29,090 nt of DNA from NCBI GenBank assembly GCA_050253335.1, contig JBFWJG010000033.1, positions 1 through 29,090 of the forward strand. Direction: 5' to 3'. Below, piece by piece: positions 1 to 7,524 of the stretch. The stretch comes from Deferribacterales bacterium. GTDB taxonomy: Bacteria; Chrysiogenota; Deferribacteres; Deferribacterales; Geovibrionaceae. The notes under the pieces are model-generated. The model was not told the origin of the DNA. It was given only the letters and a program-made list of their open reading frames with translations, and made no database searches. The position numbers were made by a program, and so were the translations under genes. Each line of letters opens with the position of its first letter. Within the stretch, counting starts at the first letter, position 1.

Positions 1-1
1 G

Positions 2-652
2 GATGATGATTACGCTAATCAGCTTGAGAAGGACTGTATGCATATCATCAACCATATGTCAGCCACAATTGATGATTTCAGGCGTTTTTTCGCTCCGGAC
101 AAAAGTGCGGAGCTGTTCGAGGTTATACGCTCTGTTCTGGAAACAATAAGGCTTGTCAGCGCGCAGCTTGCCGCGTCCGGAATTTCCTACCGGATCAGGT
201 GCGCCTGCTTCGAGGACAGCTACTTCGCGGAAAATTCGGTCGACCTGCCCCGATGCCCAAGGCAGAGCACCCTTGTTAAAGGTTATGAGGGGGAGTTTAA
301 GCAGGTTCTCCTGAACATAGTACACAATGCCCGTGACGCTGTAATCGAACGGAGAGCAAGGGAAAACACCTGTTTTGAAGGAGTGATTGAGTTTGAAGTG
401 GATGCCGGAGGGGATAACATTGTGCTGAGCATAAAAGATAACGGCGGCGGAATTGAGCCGGATGTTATGCAGAAGATATTTGATCCTTATTTCACCACTA
501 AGGAAGAGGGGAAAGGTACGGGTATCGGTCTTTATATGTCGAAAAATATTGTGGAGCAGCATATGAAGGGCTATCTGAGCGCGGAATCAAAGGACGGATG
601 CGCTGTTTTCAGGCTGGTTCTCAGACCGGCGGCGGTGGTCAATGGCGTCTGA
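2..652 (+). CDS. Sensor histidine kinase, C-terminal part (5' truncated by window)
   Basis: Frame is open from base 2. End of HisKA (MSATIDDFRRFF), N box (EFKQVLLNIVHNARDA), G1 (DNGGGI), F (FDPYFTTK) and G2 (GTGIGLY) boxes are present. Confidence 0.92.
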   Translation, partial: DDDYANQLEKDCMHIINHMSATIDDFRRFFAPDKSAELFEVIRSVLETIRLVSAQLAASGISYRIRCACFEDSYFAENSVDLPRCPRQSTLVKGYEGEFKQVLLNIVHNARDAVIERRARENTCFEGVIEFEVDAGGDNIVLSIKDNGGGIEPDVMQKIFDPYFTTKEEGKGTGIGLYMSKNIVEQHMKGYLSAESKDGCAVFRLVLRPAAVVNGV

Positions 653-1004
653 AACTGTTAAGGCAAAAATACTTTATATCGAAGATGAGGCGCTGACCAG
701 AATGCTTATGGTGCGTCAGCTGAAGCTTTATTTTTCCGATGTTTTCGAGGCAGGAGACGGAAGAGAGGGGCTTGAGGTTTTTATGGCGGAAAAGCCTGAT
801 ATAGTCATAACCGATCTTTCAATGCCGCACCTTGACGGCTTTCAGCTTGTGGATATCCTGAGAGCTCAGGGGTGTTCCGCACGGTTTATAATAACCACAG
901 CCTTCAGGGAGGAAACCTGCTCCCTGAAAGACTGTGAAATTCTTTTCAAGCCCATAAGCTTTGCGGATGTTTATTCCTGCGTTAAGAAACTGCTTGCTCA
1001 GTGA
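642..1004 (+). CDS. Stand-alone response regulator (receiver domain)
   Basis: ILYIEDE, phospho-acceptor ITDLSMP, TTAF and FKP motifs; overlaps the kinase stop. Confidence 0.9.
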   Translation: MASETVKAKILYIEDEALTRMLMVRQLKLYFSDVFEAGDGREGLEVFMAEKPDIVITDLSMPHLDGFQLVDILRAQGCSARFIITTAFREETCSLKDCEILFKPISFADVYSCVKKLLAQ

Positions 1005-1984
1005 CTGAGCTGACCGAGCCTCTCCAGCCAGAAGCGGTATTCCTCGTTTGAAACTTCCGACTTCCAGAAGCCTGTGAGCACGGCAGCGGCCACGGCAGCC
1101 CAGAACAGCAGAAAAACCGCAAGCGTCAGGTATCTGTAATCCGTTTTGCAGGTTTTAAGGCAATTGTCATTCGCCCGCACCCTCACGCAGTCGTGACAGC
1201 CTATACACTCGGGCGAATGGATCGTTCCCGCCTTATGCACCTGTATGTCCATGGGGCATATGTTCGTACATTTCATGCAGTTTATGCAGGCTTCGCTGTT
1301 TCTTTTTATCTTGAACGGCGAAACAAGGGATACAAGCCCCATAAGCGCGCCGTAAGGGCATAGAAACCTGCACCAGAAGTTTCTGAACAGAAGACCGAGT
1401 ATCATAAGCACGGCCAGAACAATCAGGGTCGTGCGCGAGGGATCGGCAAAGAAATTCATCATCTTCGCGTCCGACACCTTGTTGTAGGGCGCGTTCAGAA
1501 AGCCTTCTATGGCGGGCAGAGACATCTGGATAAGTATAATGTAAACAAAGAAGCCCAGAAGGAGGTACTTCAGCAGAAACAGGGGATAAGCCGCGAATCT
1601 GTGTATTTTGATGTTTTTGCCTGATGCGCCCACTGTTTCGGAGATAAGCCCTATGGGGCAGATGTAGCCGCAGAAGCCGCGCTTGAAAATAATGCTGATT
1701 AAAAGAAAGACGATAAGAAGCGTCAGCCCCGCTGGATGAACCATGTCATAGTTCCCGCTGAGAACAAGACGCTTAAACCCCATCAGTGCGCTTATGGGGA
1801 GAAAGGCCTCCACTCCTCCCGGCTTAACAGCGGACATATCCCCCGCGCCTAAGGCCGCGAGATAGAGATAAAACCTTATTCCCACATAAATTGTTGAAGC
1901 AAGAAAGATATACTGAATGAGACGCCTTACGGACGTCCGGTCTGATTTGAGATAACGAGCGGCTCCGCTCACAAATTGGTTCAT
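998..1984 (-). CDS. Membrane 4Fe-4S binding protein (YccM/NapH-like polyferredoxin)
   Basis: Several TM helices; CxxxCP motifs (FCGYICP, WCRFLCP); two CxxCxxC ferredoxin motifs. AGGAG RBS 6 nt before ATG 1984. Confidence 0.85.
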   Translation of the reverse strand: MNQFVSGAARYLKSDRTSVRRLIQYIFLASTIYVGIRFYLYLAALGAGDMSAVKPGGVEAFLPISALMGFKRLVLSGNYDMVHPAGLTLLIVFLLISIIFKRGFCGYICPIGLISETVGASGKNIKIHRFAAYPLFLLKYLLLGFFVYIILIQMSLPAIEGFLNAPYNKVSDAKMMNFFADPSRTTLIVLAVLMILGLLFRNFWCRFLCPYGALMGLVSLVSPFKIKRNSEACINCMKCTNICPMDIQVHKAGTIHSPECIGCHDCVRVRANDNCLKTCKTDYRYLTLAVFLLFWAAVAAAVLTGFWKSEVSNEEYRFWLERLGQLSH

Positions 1985-2139
1985 CAAAAGCTCCTTTTTA
2001 ATAAATCTTTACGATATGCTAGCCGTAAATTTTATTTCGATAATTGATCCCGAACAAAAAACAGCAAATAAGTTTTCAGAAATGTTTAAAATATAGACAG
2101 CGGTCTTTTGAACTAAGTTATTGATGATAAAATAATTTA

Positions 2140-2155
2140 TGTGGGAAATAGAACA
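2140..2155. promoter_or_regulatory. NifA-type upstream activator site TGT-N10-ACA upstream of nifA
   Basis: TGT GGGAAATAGA ACA, about 130-140 bp upstream of the predicted sigma-54 start. Confidence 0.55.
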
Positions 2156-2256
2156 ATGCGGCCAAGATTGTAAAAAATGTAATTTCAGATGATGAATATT
2201 TAATCACACTGAATGTAATAAACCTTTCAAAAGCCCGTTTTCCGCTGATTTCTCAA

Positions 2257-2272
2257 TGGCACAGGCATTGCT
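2257..2272 (+). promoter_or_regulatory. Sigma-54 -24/-12 promoter of nifA
   Basis: TGGCACAGGCATTGCT matches TGGCAC-N5-TTGCW; GG-N10-GC spacing is exact. Confidence 0.85.
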
Positions 2273-2283
2273 TGTTATTATAC

Positions 2284-3954
2284 ATGGAAAAGAGATTAAG
2301 CTACTATAAACTTCTTCTGAATACAATATACGACATAAGCCTTGAGCTGAACTCCAAAATCAGCGAAAGCGCCGCGCTACAGAATGTGATGAACATTATG
2401 AGCAACAACCTCAATATCCAGAACGGAACTATTCTCACTGTGGAACCCGACACCGAAATGCTTATCCCGAAAGCATCTCACGGCCTCAGCAGAACAGCTC
2501 TTGCGGAAATGGTTTACAAAAGCGGAGAGGGGATGGTGGGGAAGGTGTTTAAATACGGTTTTCCCATAATGCTCCACGACATAAGCCTTGAACCGGATTT
2601 TAAGGATAAGATCAAAAGGAAAAATGACGAGAAAATCAGTTTCATTGCCGTTCCCATCACTCACGGAAACGAAAAGATAGGCGTTCTCGCAGTGGACAAG
2701 CTTTACCGTGAGGTGGTCAGCTATGAGGCAGAGGTGGATATCCTCAAGATGATCGCCGCTCTTGTTGCTTCGTTCATGCATAAAATGAAGCTGATAAACA
2801 GCGAAAAGAAACAGCTTATAGAGGAAAAGGAGCGTCTGCGCAGCGAGGTTGCGGGCAAATTTTCCGTTAAAGGGCTTGTGGGCGGAAGCAAGCTCATGCA
2901 GGAAGTTCTTAAAAAAATCTCACAGGTGTGCCGCACAAAAACCACCGTGCTTATCAGAGGCGAAAGCGGAACAGGCAAGGAGATGGTCGCAAAGGCGATC
3001 CACTATTCCGGCGACCGTTCGCAGAAGCCTTTTGTGGCGGTAAACTGCGCCGCCATTCCCAGAGAGCTGATTGAGAGCGAGCTTTTCGGCTATAAAAAAG
3101 GCGCCTTCACAGGAGCCACCGCGGATAAAAAAGGGAAGTTTGAGCTTGCCGGAGGCGGAACCATCTTCCTTGATGAAATAGGGGACATGCCCCTTGAAGC
3201 GCAGAGCAAGCTGCTCCGTGTTCTTCAGGAGATGAGCATAGAGCGTGTCGGCGGTTCGGAACCAACGCCTGTGGATGTGCGGGTGATAGCCGCCACAAAC
3301 AGAAATCTCGAAAACGCTGTCCGCTCGGGAGATTTCAGGCTGGATCTCTATTACAGGCTGAATGTTGTCTCCATCTTCCTTCCCCCTCTGCGCAAGCGCA
3401 GGGAGGACATCCCCGAACTCGCCAAAACCGCCCTTGACAAATTCAACTCAAATTACGGCACAAGACTTAAAATATCGCCGGATGTTTTTCCTCTGCTTAT
3501 GAAATGTTCATGGCCGGGCAACATACGTGAGCTTGAAAACTGCATAGAGCGGGCCGCCCTTTCTGCTTCGAGTGATGAAATAACCCCTGCGGAGTTCACA
3601 TGCTCCAGAGGGGAGGTCTGCCTTGCACAGCTTATGGATAATAACGGAAGCTCAGGCTGCGGCGAGCACGCCGTCTGTATAGAGTCGCTTAATATGGACA
3701 CCGGCGGCGGGGAACAGAAGTTTTTCTGCGAGCATTATCCCAAGTCCTCCGAAAGACCTGCGGATGAAGCGGTGAAATCTGCCAAGCCTCTTTCCGAGAT
3801 ACCCCCCGCAGTTAATGATGAGAGACAGATGGTCATTGACGCCCTCGAAAAAACCGGCTGGGTTCAGGCAAAGGCGGCGAGGCTTCTGGGAATGACAGTG
3901 CGCCAGATCAACTACCGCATAATGAAATTCGGCATAGAAGTGAAAAAAATATAA
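2284..3954 (+). CDS. nifA: Nif-specific sigma-54 transcriptional activator NifA (GAF-AAA+-HTH)
   Basis: N-terminal GAF; GESGTGKE, GAFTGA, FLDEIG and WPGNIREL motifs; NifA-type C-terminal GWVQAKAARLLGMTVRQINYR. Start set at ATG 2284 because TTG 2272 lies in the promoter. Confidence 0.93.
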   Translation: MEKRLSYYKLLLNTIYDISLELNSKISESAALQNVMNIMSNNLNIQNGTILTVEPDTEMLIPKASHGLSRTALAEMVYKSGEGMVGKVFKYGFPIMLHDISLEPDFKDKIKRKNDEKISFIAVPITHGNEKIGVLAVDKLYREVVSYEAEVDILKMIAALVASFMHKMKLINSEKKQLIEEKERLRSEVAGKFSVKGLVGGSKLMQEVLKKISQVCRTKTTVLIRGESGTGKEMVAKAIHYSGDRSQKPFVAVNCAAIPRELIESELFGYKKGAFTGATADKKGKFELAGGGTIFLDEIGDMPLEAQSKLLRVLQEMSIERVGGSEPTPVDVRVIAATNRNLENAVRSGDFRLDLYYRLNVVSIFLPPLRKRREDIPELAKTALDKFNSNYGTRLKISPDVFPLLMKCSWPGNIRELENCIERAALSASSDEITPAEFTCSRGEVCLAQLMDNNGSSGCGEHAVCIESLNMDTGGGEQKFFCEHYPKSSERPADEAVKSAKPLSEIPPAVNDERQMVIDALEKTGWVQAKAARLLGMTVRQINYRIMKFGIEVKKI

Positions 3955-3976
3955 CAAACATAAACAATACAATGAA

Positions 3977-3992
3977 TGTAGGTAAGCTTACA
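3977..3992. promoter_or_regulatory. NifA upstream activator site TGT-N10-ACA
   Basis: TGTAGGTAAGCTTACA, near-palindromic, about 90-100 bp upstream of the predicted start. Confidence 0.8.
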
Positions 3993-4022
3993 AAAACTGG
4001 ACAAGGCTTGGGTGTTCTTCTC

Positions 4023-4035
4023 TAAGTAGCTGATA
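4023..4035 (-). promoter_or_regulatory. IHF-like binding site
   Basis: Minus strand TATCAGCTACTTA fits WATCARNNNNTTR and lies between the UAS and the sigma-54 box. Confidence 0.55.
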
Positions 4036-4052
4036 AAACAGTTCTTCATATC

Positions 4053-4068
4053 TGGCACGCTGCTTGCA
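4053..4068 (+). promoter_or_regulatory. Sigma-54 -24/-12 promoter of the ferredoxin-nifZ unit
   Basis: TGGCACGCTGCTTGCA, consensus match. Confidence 0.92.
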
Positions 4069-4099
4069 AAAGTAACTGAAAAGATTAAGGAGGAACACA

Positions 4100-4363
4100 A
4101 TGGCCTATATCACAGGAATTACCAAAAGCGGCGGCACATGGACGCCTGAATATGTCATGGGTGTGGACAACGAAAAGTGCATCGCCTGCGGACGCTGTTA
4201 TAAAGCCTGCAGCTTTAGCTGCCTTTCACTTCACGAAGATGACGATGATGACTCCGCAAGACGCTACATGGTGCTTGAAAACGACAAGGACTGTGTGGGC
4301 TGCAAGGCCTGTGCCGTTGCCTGTCCCAAGAAGTGTTTCACCCACGCACCTATGGAGGCGTAA
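4100..4363 (+). CDS. fdxB: Nif-specific ferredoxin III (2[4Fe-4S], FdxB/FdxN type)
   Basis: TxxGxTWTP N-terminus; CIACGRCYKAC and CVGCKACAVACP motifs separated by an acidic EDDDDD loop; AAGGAGG RBS. Confidence 0.88.
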   Translation: MAYITGITKSGGTWTPEYVMGVDNEKCIACGRCYKACSFSCLSLHEDDDDDSARRYMVLENDKDCVGCKACAVACPKKCFTHAPMEA

Positions 4364-4364
4364 T

Positions 4365-4658
4365 ATGGAATTCAGAGAAAACCAGAAGGTCAGAGTTCTC
4401 GGCTGCACAAAAAGTGACGGAACCTGCGCAGGCTGCAACCGCGGAAAGGTGGTTGCCGAAGAGGGGGAGGAAGGTTTTGTCTGCCAGATTACAGAGTTCC
4501 TCTTTGAGCCTGTTGTAGTGGTTCATTTCCTTGAAACCAATAAAAAGGTTGGTTTCAGGAAGCATGAGCTTGAAATTATCGAAGATTACGATCCGGACGA
4601 GATGATCTGGATAAAAGTTAAGAAGAACGGCTCTCAGAATACGGTTTCAACATCGTAG
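4365..4658 (+). CDS. nifZ: Nitrogen fixation protein NifZ
   Basis: KVRV...DGT..G...G..GFV..I..FL....VVHFLE...VG.R..EL pattern of NifZ; GGAGG RBS and ATG 1 nt after the ferredoxin stop. Confidence 0.8.
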   Translation: MEFRENQKVRVLGCTKSDGTCAGCNRGKVVAEEGEEGFVCQITEFLFEPVVVVHFLETNKKVGFRKHELEIIEDYDPDEMIWIKVKKNGSQNTVSTS

Positions 4659-5437
4659 CGCCCGCCTATCACAAGGTATTCCAGCTCACCGCTGAATGAC
4701 CTTCGGGGCAGGGCTTCCGAGAAGTACACTATCTTTGTGTAAGGCACTTCCGCCTTGATTATCTTACTGCCGAACTGTTCTGCTATCTCTTTTTCCGAAG
4801 TGAAAGAGGAGAGGGAGTTCAGTTCGATGCAGTATTTTCTTTTTGAGAGCTGGCTGATTATTATGTGATCGCTCAGGTCGTTTACACCCCTGTAGAGGGT
4901 TATGGTGGGAACATGATTTTCGCAGTATGCCTTAATTATTGTCTGGGTGTATGTGTACAGCAGGTCGAGCTGGGAAAACATGCTGTTTTTGTTTGTTCGG
5001 GAATTCATCCACTCCTGAAGATAATCGTAATACTCCTTGGAGTAAAGCCCCGGAATGCTCTGCCCGTGGTAGAAGGGAATAAGCCCGAAGCGGTTTTCCA
5101 CCCATCCTTTAAGCACTGCTCCGGCGGAGTTGTTGGAGTCAAAAAGCCAGCTTTTCAGAAGCCTTATGTAACTGCCGACCTTTTTTCCGTTTACCCTTTC
5201 CTCCAGCGCGAAAAGCTCGTTCATGTAGTTTTCAAAGAAAACGGAGGCATCGTCTATGCTCCCGGCGGAGGCGATAATCTCAAAAAGCCAGCGGTGGTAT
5301 TCAAGAACGCCGTCAATTGTGATGGGTATCACGCCGACATTATATTCCCTGCTCACAAAAAGCTTGGCGGGAATATTGATTTTATTCGTGCTGTGGTAAT
5401 AAACGCCTGCCTTGTGGCTGTCATCAATATTTATCAT
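4634..5437 (-). CDS. draT: NAD+-dinitrogenase-reductase ADP-ribosyltransferase DraT
   Basis: HSTN N-terminal motif, WLFDSN...GAVLKGWVENRFGL, QLDLLY, LYRGVN, LNSLSSFTS and catalytic ExEYLVIGG. Confidence 0.92.
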   Translation of the reverse strand: MINIDDSHKAGVYYHSTNKINIPAKLFVSREYNVGVIPITIDGVLEYHRWLFEIIASAGSIDDASVFFENYMNELFALEERVNGKKVGSYIRLLKSWLFDSNNSAGAVLKGWVENRFGLIPFYHGQSIPGLYSKEYYDYLQEWMNSRTNKNSMFSQLDLLYTYTQTIIKAYCENHVPTITLYRGVNDLSDHIIISQLSKRKYCIELNSLSSFTSEKEIAEQFGSKIIKAEVPYTKIVYFSEALPRRSFSGELEYLVIGGRYDVETVF

Positions 5438-5459
5438 GATCGAAATATGCCAATACAAT
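5431..5459 (+). promoter_or_regulatory. Putative sigma-70 promoter of draG
   Basis: TTATCA-N17-TACAAT. Confidence 0.45.
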
Positions 5460-5472
5460 TGGAAGTTTGCAA
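5444..5472 (-). promoter_or_regulatory. Putative sigma-70 promoter of draT (leaderless geometry)
   Basis: Minus strand TTGCAA-N17-CATATT with an extended TGn, followed 6 nt later by the ATG. Confidence 0.5.
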
Positions 5473-6363
5473 ATGAAAAATGATGTTTATGAAAGGGCGC
5501 TTGCCGCTTATCTCAGTTTTGCAGTCGGCGATGCCCTCGGCGCCACAACGGAATTTATGCTTCCCAGAGAAATCAAAGATAAATATGACATACATGACAA
5601 GATAATAGGCGGAGGCTGGCTTCATCTGAAGGCGGGGAATGTCACCGATGATACGGAGATGTCGCTTGCTCTGGGCGACAGCATTATGGAAAACGGAGGC
5701 TACACAGTTAAGGGAGCGGCGGATCACTTCGCAAAGTGGATGAAGAAGAAGCCTGTGGACATAGGCAGCACGGTGAGAAGGGGGATTGTCAATTACCTTA
5801 CAAAAGGCTCCGTGGTGTCTCTGTACTCAACATTCTCCGCGGGAAACGGCGCGGCCATGCGGAATCTGCCCGTTGTTCTGTACTGCCTGAAGGACTGGAC
5901 ATGGTTCGAGGAGATAACCATATCCCAGTGTCATATAACTCACAACAACGAACTCTCAGACATGGCGACCGTTGTTCTCGGCGAGGTCATGAAGGTTCTT
6001 CTGGAAACAGGGGACAAAAAGGCCGCTCTTGATATAGTTTCAGAATTTATCAGGAAAGCACCTTCGTTCTCACACTCAAAATACAGCGGCGAGGCATCCG
6101 GCTACATTAAGGACACGTTCAGAACTGTCATGCACTTTTTCTTTGATTCAGACAACCTGTACGAAACTGTTGTCAGAACTGTTAATCAGGGCGGAGACGC
6201 AGACACCAACGGTGCCATAGCGGGAATGCTGGCGGGCGCGCTTTACGGTATGGACGGAATACCCCAGCGGTGGCTGAAAGCACTGGATCAGGATGTTGTA
6301 AGGCTTATTACAAAACAGACCGAAGATCTGCTGAATGCCCCGATGAACGTGATTTTGTTGTAA
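5473..6363 (+). CDS. draG: ADP-ribosyl-[dinitrogenase reductase] glycohydrolase DraG
   Basis: AVGDALGATTEF, GGGWLHLKAGNVTDDTEM, SAGNGAAMR and VNQGGDADTNGAIAGMLAGA motifs; adjacent to draT and nifH. Confidence 0.93.
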   Translation: MKNDVYERALAAYLSFAVGDALGATTEFMLPREIKDKYDIHDKIIGGGWLHLKAGNVTDDTEMSLALGDSIMENGGYTVKGAADHFAKWMKKKPVDIGSTVRRGIVNYLTKGSVVSLYSTFSAGNGAAMRNLPVVLYCLKDWTWFEEITISQCHITHNNELSDMATVVLGEVMKVLLETGDKKAALDIVSEFIRKAPSFSHSKYSGEASGYIKDTFRTVMHFFFDSDNLYETVVRTVNQGGDADTNGAIAGMLAGALYGMDGIPQRWLKALDQDVVRLITKQTEDLLNAPMNVILL

Positions 6364-6406
6364 GGTTTGTCAGCTTATCCCTTCAAACCATACAAAAACC
6401 TTACAA
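6358..6406. promoter_or_regulatory. 11-bp perfect inverted repeat upstream of nifH (candidate split NifA enhancer)
   Basis: TTGTAAGGTTT (6358-6368) and AAACCTTACAA (6396-6406), 27-nt spacer. Confidence 0.55.
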
Positions 6407-6413
6407 TTAATAA

Positions 6414-7391
<978 letters not shown>

Positions 7392-7407
7392 TTCCGCAAG
7401 GATGCCC

Positions 7408-7480
7408 GCTTTCTTTTCGGCCGCGGCCGCTCATGCTTTTTAAAAGCGACACAGAAGCGGCCTGACTGCGGGGGGAAAGC
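7408..7480 (+). other. nifH-nifD intergenic RNA stem-loop (mRNA stability/attenuation element)
   Basis: GCTTTCTTTTCG/CGGGGGGAAAGC outer stem with 4 G-U pairs; inner GGCCGCT/AGCGGCC stem. Confidence 0.6.
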
Positions 7481-7524
7481 AAGAACGCGAGACTTTTTGA
7501 CCCCAATAAAACGAGGTAGACAGC

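Noticed and set aside
2114..2126. IHF site in the nifA promoter (minus strand CATCAATAACTTA)
   Set aside because: One mismatch to consensus and upstream of the TGT-N10-ACA site rather than between it and the promoter; too weak to call.
4152..4364. N-terminal extensions in the ORF track for nifZ (4152), nifH (6459), nifN (12278), nifX (13654), nifA (2272) and draT (5458)
   Set aside because: They overlap upstream genes or promoter boxes; family N-termini and RBS positions support the downstream ATGs.
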